Of a stretch of 48,094 nt of DNA, positions 40,118 to 48,094 are shown piece after piece. The translations under genes were made by a program, and so were the position numbers. Below the pieces are notes generated by a model. It made no database searches, was not told the origin of the DNA, and saw only the letters and a program-made list of their open reading frames with translations. Source of the DNA: an uncultured Bacilli bacterium (lineage in GTDB: Bacteria > Bacillota_I > Bacilli_A > RF39 > UBA660); NCBI GenBank assembly GCA_944373095.1, contig CALWAK010000003.1, positions 1 to 48,094 of the forward strand, written 5' to 3'. Every line of letters begins with the position of its first letter. Position 1 is the stretch's first letter.

Positions 40118-40378
40118 CTATATGGTCTCTAGAATTAATCTTATAGCAGTTTTTTCTTCGCCACCGATTAAGACATCGTTGAAGGCAGGAATAACTGCTA
40201 TATTTTTTCCGGAAGGGGCTAAGAAGCCTCTAGCAATAGCAACTGCTTTGATAGCTTGGTTAAGTGAACCAGCACCAATAGTTTGGAGTTCTACGTTACC
40301 ATTTTCTCTAAAGATATTGGCAATAGCGCCTGCTACTTTACTTGGATTTGATTTTGATGAAACTTTTAATATTTCCAT
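40118..40378 (-). CDS. spoVS: Stage V sporulation protein S
   Basis: MEILKVSSKSNP..VAGAIA, IGAGSLNQAIKAVAIARGF, PAF. Confidence 0.97.
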   Translation of the reverse strand: MEILKVSSKSNPSKVAGAIANIFRENGNVELQTIGAGSLNQAIKAVAIARGFLAPSGKNIAVIPAFNDVLIGGEEKTAIRLILETI

Positions 40379-40447
40379 TAATTTATTCCTCCTAACAAAG
40401 TATATGTTGCATATTTTTTTTCTTTACAAAAAAATCTAAGTTTTTAC

Positions 40448-41281
40448 TTAGATTCCGAATTTAAGAAATACTATTGCTCCTAAGGTAATTCCTGATGCAA
40501 TTGTAAGAATTGTAATTAAAAACATATTAATATAACCATTAGTTGTAATATTACTTTTTGGTACTAATTTTCTTTCTAAACTATCTTTTTGCTGCTTTTT
40601 TTCTCTATCTATTTCATCTAAACTTGCATTAAATGTTTTTACTTCAATTTCTTGTAAAGCATTTTTATTTTCTAATCTTTCCAATTCTTCAATATATTTT
40701 ATAAAAGTTAAATACATTTCTTTAATACTTTGATCTAGAAATTTTTCATATTTATTTACTTTTAACATATAATTATTAAATATAGTTATAATATTTTGTT
40801 TAGAAAAATCATTATTATTTAAAGCAATATATACTACCTCTTGTTTATTTTTTATATATTCTTTATTTACATATAGTTCACAAATATCAAATAATTGTTC
40901 TGAAGTTATTTCAGTAGAATTTAATACACCTAATCTTTCGATTAAATCTCCTAAACATAAGTTTTCTAAATTTAATTCTTTATCATTTAATTTTAACTTA
41001 TTATCAATTATAAATAGATTATTAAAATTAGGATTTAGCTTTATTAATTCAGATAATGCAATAATATTATTAGAACAAAATACACATATGTTAAAAAATT
41101 CTTCTGGGGATACTTTATCTATAGCATTATATACATTATGACGTTGGGCAATATCATCTAAATTTAAATTTGATATATTTATTTTTTTATCTTCAAATTG
41201 TAAAGTTCCACCTTGAATAGTTAAACTTTTATAATTAGGATTTAATTGAATTAATCTTGAAAGTACTATTAAATTATTCAT
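40448..41281 (-). CDS. Hypothetical protein with duplicated ~69-aa N-terminal domain and C-terminal TM
   Basis: NNLIVLSRLIQLNPNY...SPEEFFNIC and NNIIALSELIKLNPNF...TSEQLFDIC; hydrophobic C-terminus. Confidence 0.8.
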   Translation of the reverse strand: MNNLIVLSRLIQLNPNYKSLTIQGGTLQFEDKKINISNLNLDDIAQRHNVYNAIDKVSPEEFFNICVFCSNNIIALSELIKLNPNFNNLFIIDNKLKLNDKELNLENLCLGDLIERLGVLNSTEITSEQLFDICELYVNKEYIKNKQEVVYIALNNNDFSKQNIITIFNNYMLKVNKYEKFLDQSIKEMYLTFIKYIEELERLENKNALQEIEVKTFNASLDEIDREKKQQKDSLERKLVPKSNITTNGYINMFLITILTIASGITLGAIVFLKFGI

Positions 41282-41361
41282 ATTTACCTCTATTCTAAGA
41301 ATATTTTAACAAAAGATTTTAAATAATTCAATATTATAGTATAATAAGTTTTGTGATATTT

Positions 41362-42657
41362 ATGGAAGAAAAACTAAGTAAAAACTTTATTATTAAATTA
41401 TCTAAAAAGAAAAATGAACCTAGTTGGATGTTAGAACATAGATTAAAAGCTTATGAAAATTTTTTAACTCAAAAGGAACCTAATTTTGGGCCAAATATAA
41501 ATATTAATTTTGATGAGATATGCTATTATAAAAATGATACTAATACTTTAACTAATGATTGGCAAAACGTGTCTTGTAGTATTAGAGATAAGTTTGCTAA
41601 TTTAGGGGTTATTGAGGCTGAAAAAAAATATTTAGGTGGAGTTACTAATCAGTATGAATCTGAGGTATTTTATCATAATGATACGGTAGGAAATGGTATT
41701 ATTTTTACTTCTACTGATGATGCCTTAAAAAAATATCCTGAATTATTTAAAAAATATTTTAATAACTTAGTTAAATATAGTGAAAATAAATATACGGCTT
41801 TAAATAATGCTGTATGGTCTGGAGGATCATTTATATATATTCCTAAAAATACTATTGTTGATAGGCCTTTACAAAGTTATTTTCGAATAGAAACAGAAAG
41901 TTTAGGCCAGTTTGAACACACAATTATTATAGTAGATGATAACTCTAAATTAGAGTATATTGAAGGTTGTACTGCTACTAGTTATTCTAAAACAAGTTTA
42001 CATGCTGGGGTTGTTGAAATATATGTGGGAAAAAATTCAAGTGTTCGTTATTCTACTATTCAAAATTGGTCTAAAGATGTATACAATTTAGTTACTAAAC
42101 GAGCAATTGTAATGGATTATGGTTTAATGGAATGGGTAGATGGTAATATCGGTAGTCAGTTAACTATGAAATATCCTTCCTGTATTTTAAAAGGTGATTA
42201 TTCAAGGGGAAATTCAATATCTATTGCATATGCTAAGGATAATCAAGTATTAGATGCTGGAGCAAAAATGATACATATTGGCAAGAATACAAAAAGTTCA
42301 ATTATTTCTAAATCAATCGCAGCAAATGGGGGAGTAGCTAATTATCGAGGAACGACTAAAATAACAAAAAATGCTATAAATTCAAAGGCTACTATTAAGT
42401 GTGATACAATTTTATTAGATGGTAAATCAAAAAGTGACACATATCCTAAAAATATTGTGTTAAATTCTACTTCAACTTTAAGTCATGAAGCAACTATTTC
42501 TAAAATTGATGAAGAACAATTATTTTATTTAGAATCTTGTGGTTTATCAGAAAATAAGGCAAGAGAATTATTAATTTTAGGTTTCATAAGTGATTTTAAA
42601 AAAGAATTACCAATGGAATATGCAGTGGAATTAAATAGATTATTAAAAGAAGTATAA
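41362..42657 (+). CDS. sufB: Fe-S cluster assembly protein SufB
   Basis: WSGGSFIYIP, GQFEHTII, YIEGCTA, LHAGVVE, YSTIQNWS, TMKYPS, HEAT, LPMEYAVELN. Confidence 0.97.
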   Translation: MEEKLSKNFIIKLSKKKNEPSWMLEHRLKAYENFLTQKEPNFGPNININFDEICYYKNDTNTLTNDWQNVSCSIRDKFANLGVIEAEKKYLGGVTNQYESEVFYHNDTVGNGIIFTSTDDALKKYPELFKKYFNNLVKYSENKYTALNNAVWSGGSFIYIPKNTIVDRPLQSYFRIETESLGQFEHTIIIVDDNSKLEYIEGCTATSYSKTSLHAGVVEIYVGKNSSVRYSTIQNWSKDVYNLVTKRAIVMDYGLMEWVDGNIGSQLTMKYPSCILKGDYSRGNSISIAYAKDNQVLDAGAKMIHIGKNTKSSIISKSIAANGGVANYRGTTKITKNAINSKATIKCDTILLDGKSKSDTYPKNIVLNSTSTLSHEATISKIDEEQLFYLESCGLSENKARELLILGFISDFKKELPMEYAVELNRLLKEV

Positions 42658-42811
42658 AGTTTATTTTTAGTAATTATTTATTAGTAAAAAAGGATAATAT
42701 TATTAGACAATATTATTTTTTTTATCTTCTTTTTTTACTCAAATTTATAATTTTTATAATTTGCTACAGATAATTATATATGTTATTTTCTTTTTGGAAA
42801 GGAGCATTATT

Positions 42812-43144
42812 ATGTTAAATGAAGTTGCTTTAGTAGGTAGATTAACAAAAAATATTGAAGTTGTAGAATTAGAAGGCGGTAAAAAAATGGCAAGTATTGT
42901 ACTAGCAGTACCTAGAATGTATAAAAATTCTGAAGGAATATATGAAACTGATTATATTAGAATAGTTCTTTGGAATGGTATTGCAATTAATACTAAAGAA
43001 TATTGCAAATGCGGAGATTTAATTGGCATAAAGGGAAGAATTCAAGTTAATAATTTTACTGATGCCGAAGGTAAAAGTAAATACTCAATGGATATTATTG
43101 CAGAAAAAATATCATTTTTATCTAGTAAAAAATCTGAAGAATAA
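42812..43144 (+). CDS. ssb: Single-stranded DNA-binding protein (short, SsbB-like)
   Basis: MLNEVALVGRLT, ETD.I.IVLW, GDLIGIKGRIQ; ATG after RBS AAGGAG; no DDLPF tail. Confidence 0.93.
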   Translation: MLNEVALVGRLTKNIEVVELEGGKKMASIVLAVPRMYKNSEGIYETDYIRIVLWNGIAINTKEYCKCGDLIGIKGRIQVNNFTDAEGKSKYSMDIIAEKISFLSSKKSEE

Positions 43145-43148
43145 AAAA

Positions 43149-43607
43149 CTAATCCTCAAACATATAAAGAGGATTAGTATTTTTCACTAAATTTAGTATT
43201 TTTTGATTGTTTAAAGTATTTTTTCTTACTTTCTTCTTTTTTTCTTTATTTATTGTAACTATTGTAAAAAAATATAATAACTTATTTGTTAGTTCATTAT
43301 TATAAGGAAATGTATTAGCCATATTATTAATAATCATATTGTAAGTAGTATTTAAAAGAACTTTATTATTTAAATTATTTTCACTTACTAAATATTCTAA
43401 TACATCACTATATATTAAATTTATAAAGTAATATTTGTAGTCTTTAATAATACCAATATAAAAAGGATTATCATTAATAAAATAGTAATTTTGATTTTTT
43501 AATAAATCTTTTAAATAGGTAGAAGTTATTAGTATATTATAATTTGTTTTTTCGTATATGTTAATCACTATATTTCGCAATATATCATTAATAGTTAAGA
43601 CTTCCAT
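43149..43607 (-). CDS. Hypothetical protein
   Basis: RBS AGGTGG before the ATG at 43607. Confidence 0.7.
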   Translation of the reverse strand: MEVLTINDILRNIVINIYEKTNYNILITSTYLKDLLKNQNYYFINDNPFYIGIIKDYKYYFINLIYSDVLEYLVSENNLNNKVLLNTTYNMIINNMANTFPYNNELTNKLLYFFTIVTINKEKKKKVRKNTLNNQKILNLVKNTNPLYMFED

Positions 43608-43684
43608 GCTACCCACCTAGAGTTATTATAGCAAAATAATAAATTATTTCAATATTTAACATATATTTAATTAGGTGATTTATT

Positions 43685-44452
43685 TTGAAAAAAGTAATTA
43701 GATATTTTTTATTTGCTATTTTTGTTTTAATTAGTTTTTATGCTACTGAAAAAACAGCAATATTTATAAGAAATCAAGATCCATTACTAAATGAAATTAA
43801 AGAAGCATCAAATTTATACAATGTATCTCCAATTGATGCTTTAATAATTGATAATTATATAATTCCAGGGTTAGTTGGTAAAAAAATAGATGAAATAAAA
43901 AGTTTAATAAATATGAGAGAAAATAATACTTTCAATGAGTTGTTTTTAGTAATGGATGATGTTTATCCAGATATTTCACTACAAGAGAATATGGATAAAA
44001 TAATTATTAAAGGTAACGAGAAGAAAAAAATGGTTAGTATTGTATTAAATAGTAATAAATTTATAGATTATTTTAAAAGTAAAAACATTTCAGTTTCAGT
44101 ATTAGTAAATAATGAGTCTTATAATACTATATCATATGGAGAATTAATAAATAATGATTTTATTAATTATAAAGAAATAGAAAAATATTTAGATAGTAAA
44201 AAAATAAATTCAAATATATGTATTGTTAATAACAATAATGAAGATATATGTCGTAAAAATAATAAATATTTAGTATCTATTTCTAAAGTTTTAGATAATT
44301 CTAATTATATAGATATTAAAAATAATTTAGAAAGTGGAGATATTATATTGATAAGTGATAATACTTCTATAGATTATATAGATTTATTAATCCATTATAT
44401 TAATTCTAAAAGTTTAAAAATAGAAAAATTATCTACTTTGATTATGGAGTAA
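43685..44452 (+). CDS. Degenerate polysaccharide deacetylase-like protein (YlxY/PdaB-like)
   Basis: N-terminal TM, P.DA.I...IPG..G, I.KGN..KKMVS, SGDIIL; catalytic TFDD/H motifs absent. Confidence 0.65.
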   Translation: MKKVIRYFLFAIFVLISFYATEKTAIFIRNQDPLLNEIKEASNLYNVSPIDALIIDNYIIPGLVGKKIDEIKSLINMRENNTFNELFLVMDDVYPDISLQENMDKIIIKGNEKKKMVSIVLNSNKFIDYFKSKNISVSVLVNNESYNTISYGELINNDFINYKEIEKYLDSKKINSNICIVNNNNEDICRKNNKYLVSISKVLDNSNYIDIKNNLESGDIILISDNTSIDYIDLLIHYINSKSLKIEKLSTLIME

Positions 44453-44467
44453 GTAATTAAAATTTAG

Positions 44468-44497
44468 TTGACTATAAAGTGAAATCTATTGTATAAT
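44468..44497 (+). promoter_or_regulatory. Sigma-A promoter of the pilin gene
   Basis: TTGACT-18 bp-TATAAT, then RBS AAGGAG. Confidence 0.7.
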
Positions 44498-44519
44498 TTT
44501 ATCATAAGGAGAGTATAAA

Positions 44520-45122
44520 ATGAAGCGTGTAAAATTAAATACTAAAGGTTTTACTTTAATAGAATTGTTAGCAGTTATTGTTATTTTGGCATTATTAGTA
44601 TTAATAGCTTTGCCAAATGTAACTAATTTAATGAATCAGGCAATAAGTGGAGCATTTGTTACTGAAGCAAGTGAGTATGCAAAGCAGTTAAATAATGCTT
44701 ATATGGTTAGTCAAATTGGTGGAGCTTTTACAAATAGTGAAGATAAATCAATATTAAAAAATGTTACATTAAGTAATGGTAATACTTATACATACTTTTG
44801 TATGAGTATAGACCAATTAAATAAAGAACAAATGGATAAAAGTAATGCTGATGGCTACGAAGGTGTTATTGAAGGATTCTACCCAAATTCAACAGTAACT
44901 TCTACTAATGCAATATTGGTAGTAACAATGACTAATGGTAGTTATGTATTAAATACTGTTTCTTTAACTACATTATCTAAAAATGCTTATTTAAATGAAA
45001 GTGTAGTTGGTGGTTTGTATTCAGGTACAGAATCTCCGGTAACTAGTTGTGCAACTCAACCTAATAATTCAGATGCAATTGCTAGAGGTAATGCCATAAT
45101 TACTGGTGGACAATTTAACTAG
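44520..45122 (+). CDS. Type IV pilin (prepilin N-terminal cleavage/methylation domain)
   Basis: KG|FTLIELLAVIVILALLVLIALP with Glu5; two Cys in the globular domain. Confidence 0.95.
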   Translation: MKRVKLNTKGFTLIELLAVIVILALLVLIALPNVTNLMNQAISGAFVTEASEYAKQLNNAYMVSQIGGAFTNSEDKSILKNVTLSNGNTYTYFCMSIDQLNKEQMDKSNADGYEGVIEGFYPNSTVTSTNAILVVTMTNGSYVLNTVSLTTLSKNAYLNESVVGGLYSGTESPVTSCATQPNNSDAIARGNAIITGGQFN

Positions 45123-45140
45123 ATTATTCTAGTTTTTTTT
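45117..45140 (+). terminator. Intrinsic terminator
   Basis: AACTAGA-TTAT-TCTAGTTTTTTTT. Confidence 0.7.
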
Positions 45141-45175
45141 ATTTTATGTTATCATGGTAATGAAAGAGGTGTAAT

Positions 45176-46078
45176 ATGATTATTGGATCACATGTTTCTT
45201 ATGGAAAAGAAGGATTGCTTACTAGTGTAAAGGAAGCTATTAGTTATAATGCTGATACTTTCATGTTTTATACTGGTGCTCCAACTAATACGATAAGAAA
45301 AGAAATAGATGAAAATTTAACTAATCAAGCAAAAGAGTTAATGCTTGAAAATAAAATAGATATAAATAATGTTATATGTCATGCTCCATATATAATTAAT
45401 CCAGCTACCTCGGATATAGAAAAGCAAAATTTTGCTATTAATTTTATTGCACAAGAGTTAAATAGGTGTGCTAATTTAGGTGTTAAATATATGGTTTTAC
45501 ATCCTGGTTCAAGCGTTGGAATTAGTCGTGAAGAAGGATTAAATAATATTGTTTTTGTTTTAAATAAAGTTTTAGAGCAAAATATACCAGTTATGATATT
45601 ACTTGAAACTATGGCTGGTAAGGGTAGTGAGATGTGTATAAATATTGATGAATTAAAATATATCATAGATGCTTGCAATAGCGAATGCTTAGGAGTATGT
45701 TTAGATACATGTCATTTAAATGATTCGGGAGTAGATTTACAAAATTTTAATTTTTATTTAGATGAATTTGATAAAAAAATTGGAATTAATAAAATTAAAT
45801 GTATTCATTTAAATGATAGTAAAAATCCAATTTCTTCTCATAAAGATAGACATGCTAATATTGGTTTTGGAACAATTGGATTTGATATATTATTAAATAT
45901 TGTAAATAGTTATAAATTAAATAATATTCCAATTATTTTAGAAACTCCATATATTGGTGAAGACGATAGTGATAAAAATAGAATTTATCCACCATATAAA
46001 TTTGAAATAGATATGTTAAGAAAAAATGTATTTAATCCAAACGTTTTAGATGATATTCGTTCATACTATAAAAAATAA
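45176..46078 (+). CDS. nfo: Endonuclease IV
   Basis: IGSHVS, HAPYIIN, HPGS, LETMAGKGSE, CLDTCH, HLNDSK, DRH, LETP. Confidence 0.97.
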   Translation: MIIGSHVSYGKEGLLTSVKEAISYNADTFMFYTGAPTNTIRKEIDENLTNQAKELMLENKIDINNVICHAPYIINPATSDIEKQNFAINFIAQELNRCANLGVKYMVLHPGSSVGISREEGLNNIVFVLNKVLEQNIPVMILLETMAGKGSEMCINIDELKYIIDACNSECLGVCLDTCHLNDSGVDLQNFNFYLDEFDKKIGINKIKCIHLNDSKNPISSHKDRHANIGFGTIGFDILLNIVNSYKLNNIPIILETPYIGEDDSDKNRIYPPYKFEIDMLRKNVFNPNVLDDIRSYYKK

Positions 46079-46110
46079 AAAAGATTTTGTTATTTTGCAA
46101 AATCTTTTTT
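46077..46110. terminator. Bidirectional terminator
   Basis: AAAAAAGATTTTG...CAAAATCTTTTTT between convergent genes. Confidence 0.75.
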
Positions 46111-46530
46111 CTATAATTTTTTTGTCTTTTTTAAACTAACATCATCGTGTAAATCATAAGTACTTCTTAATTTATCAAATATTTCTTCAAAAGTATACCC
46201 CTCATTTAATAATCTATCATATTCATTTTTTAAATTTATATAATCTAGATAATAAACATAAGTTAGATATTGAAAGTTATTTTCACTAGCTTTGGCCTCT
46301 AAATAAATATTTTGAAGTGCTTCAGAAAATGGGTCATGAAAGTCAAAATATAAATTTGTTAAATCACATCCCAAACAAGTTGTTACATATGGATTAAAAG
46401 GTTCTAAAAATGCATCACTTCTATAAATTCTAACCATTAAATGCCTATGATTTTTAATTATATTAATTTTTTTTAGTTGTTCATCTGTTAATTTCTTTTG
46501 ATAAAAATTAGCAATAATATCTTTTAACAT
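46111..46530 (-). CDS. Hypothetical protein
   Basis: RBS AAGGAGG; ends SLKKTKKL. Confidence 0.75.
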   Translation of the reverse strand: MLKDIIANFYQKKLTDEQLKKINIIKNHRHLMVRIYRSDAFLEPFNPYVTTCLGCDLTNLYFDFHDPFSEALQNIYLEAKASENNFQYLTYVYYLDYINLKNEYDRLLNEGYTFEEIFDKLRSTYDLHDDVSLKKTKKL

Positions 46531-46580
46531 AAACCCTCCTTTAGTGAGGTATATTATACCAATAAAATATATGTAATTAA

Positions 46581-47948
46581 TTATAAATTATTAATTAATT
46601 TGTCAACTAGTGTCAAGAATTCATTTTTTAATAAGTCTAACTTATTTTCATCAATTGCTTCAAATCTTAAAGTAAGAGCAGGAGTAGTATTACTACATCT
46701 TATTAAAGCCCATCCGTAACTAAAAAATACTTTAACACCATCTATATCATCAATTTTATAATTGTTATTAATACAATATTGTTTTACTTCTTTTACAATA
46801 TTTTGCTTTAATTCATCTTTAACAGAAACTTTTATTTCCGGTGTATTATAATATTTTGTAATACCATTTAATAATTCACTAAATTTTTTTTCAGTATTAG
46901 ATAATATTTCTAACATTCTAAGACCGGAATATATTCCAGAATCAAATCCTGGCCATTTATCATTAAAACAAATATGACCTGAATATTCCCCACCAAATGG
47001 AATGTTATCTTCATTTATTTTAGCCCTTGTATAACTTGCTCCAGTTCTATAAAGTATTGCCTTACCACCTAGCTTGTTAGCTTCTTCGTCAATTATATTA
47101 GAACATTTTACATCATAAAGCATTCTTTTATCATTTAATTTAGGAAATAAATCACGAATTAAAATAGTCATAAATTTATCAGCAGATATTATCTCACCTA
47201 AATCATTAACAAATCCTACACGATCACCATCACCATCAAAAGCAATTCCAATATCACTATTTGTCTCTTTTACTTTTTCTATTAATTGAGTTAAATTTTC
47301 ATTAACTGCTGGATCAGGGTGATGATTAGGAAAATCAGGATTAGATTCACCGTTTATAATAGTTATTTCTAAATTATTAAATTGTTTATAAATATCTTTT
47401 ATAAATAGTGAGGTAGTTCCATTACCAGGGTCTAAAACTACTTTTAATTTTCTATTTTCCATATTAATATTATCTTTAATTAAACTTTTATAATAATTAT
47501 AAATATTAAAATTATATATATTTCCGTTACCTGTTATAAAATCTTCTTTTAAAGTAAAATCACGGAATTCATATACTTGATTACCTCTAGCATTCCCCAA
47601 TTTATCAAAAGAAAATTTAAATCCATTATCATCTTTAGGATTATGAGAAGCTGTAACCATTATTCCTAAATTGTTTGTATGAATACATCCATAAAAGAAC
47701 ATTGGCGTAGTTACTAACCCTAAATCAATTACATCTAAACCTGATTCTATTAAGCCTTTTATTAATGCTTTTTTTAAAGCAGGGGAAGAATGACGATTAT
47801 CCATACCAACACAACATATGTTTCTTTTTAATTTAGTTTTTAGAATTGTTGCATAACTTCTTCCTACTTTATAGGCTACTAATTCATTTACTTCATCTGG
47901 ATATTTTCCTCTTATATCATATTCTCTAAATATTTTTTCATTTATCAT
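46581..47948 (-). CDS. Phosphomannomutase/phosphoglucomutase
   Basis: IFREYDIRG, TASHNP, FPNHHPDP, AFDGDGDR, GGEYSGH. Confidence 0.96.
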   Translation of the reverse strand: MINEKIFREYDIRGKYPDEVNELVAYKVGRSYATILKTKLKRNICCVGMDNRHSSPALKKALIKGLIESGLDVIDLGLVTTPMFFYGCIHTNNLGIMVTASHNPKDDNGFKFSFDKLGNARGNQVYEFRDFTLKEDFITGNGNIYNFNIYNYYKSLIKDNINMENRKLKVVLDPGNGTTSLFIKDIYKQFNNLEITIINGESNPDFPNHHPDPAVNENLTQLIEKVKETNSDIGIAFDGDGDRVGFVNDLGEIISADKFMTILIRDLFPKLNDKRMLYDVKCSNIIDEEANKLGGKAILYRTGASYTRAKINEDNIPFGGEYSGHICFNDKWPGFDSGIYSGLRMLEILSNTEKKFSELLNGITKYYNTPEIKVSVKDELKQNIVKEVKQYCINNNYKIDDIDGVKVFFSYGWALIRCSNTTPALTLRFEAIDENKLDLLKNEFLTLVDKLINNL

Positions 47949-48094
47949 AGTATCACCAAACTTATCATAACATAAAACAAAATAAAAAGATACTTTTGTA
48001 TCTAGTTATATAGTCTATGTTAAATGAAAAAGTTAATGTCTGATAATGTATTGTATCTGACATTTAGTCTTACACTACTTTTTTACTAGTCAAG

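Noticed and set aside
502-45678. Short ORFs overlapping confident genes (502, 1273, 7245, 9185, 11640, 12056, 12165, 24966, 27393, 38649, 39633, 40122, 45379)
   Set aside because: Antisense or alternate-frame shadows of well-supported genes, with no recognisable motifs.
1-48094. Alternative genetic code (TGA=Trp or TAG reassigned)
   Set aside because: Conserved genes end properly at TGA (rimM, ybeY, recX) and TAG (trmD, rpsU, glyQS); Trp is TGG.

Overview
A very AT-rich, gene-dense chromosomal segment from a reduced low-GC Bacillota. Gene content and order suggest an uncultured gut Bacilli lineage such as RF39 (inference). It uses genetic code 11: TGA is a stop and Trp is TGG. The housekeeping backbone includes trmH-like, rimM, trmD, recX, prsA, rpsB-tsf, uvrC, rpsU-yqeY-yqfC-yqfD-ybeY-era-yqzL-recO, glyQS, sufB, ssb, nfo, a phosphomannomutase and tRNA-Asn. 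Sporulation-linked genes are present (yqfC/D, spoVS, a deacetylase-like gene, a collagen-like protein plus glycosyltransferase), as are scattered type IV pilus parts (PilB-like ATPase, pilin). Features missed by the ORF track: a compact double-glycine two-peptide bacteriocin-like locus (C39-ABC transporter, accessory protein, two GG-leader peptides, 39-aa membrane peptide), yqzL, a transglutaminase-like gene interrupted by one in-frame TAG, an S41 peptidase split at an A_AAA_AAG motif, a decayed prepilin-like adhesin and a probable sortase remnant. More speculative signals: orphan proteins sharing basic C-terminal tails, a protein with a prepilin-like cleavage motif at its C-terminus, a TasA-like/CLec-like (DGR-target-type) fusion, and apparently catalytically degenerate GatD and RnfC/D copies. 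No integrase, transposase, reverse transcriptase or CRISPR array was seen. All family assignments come from reading motifs by eye, not from database searches.
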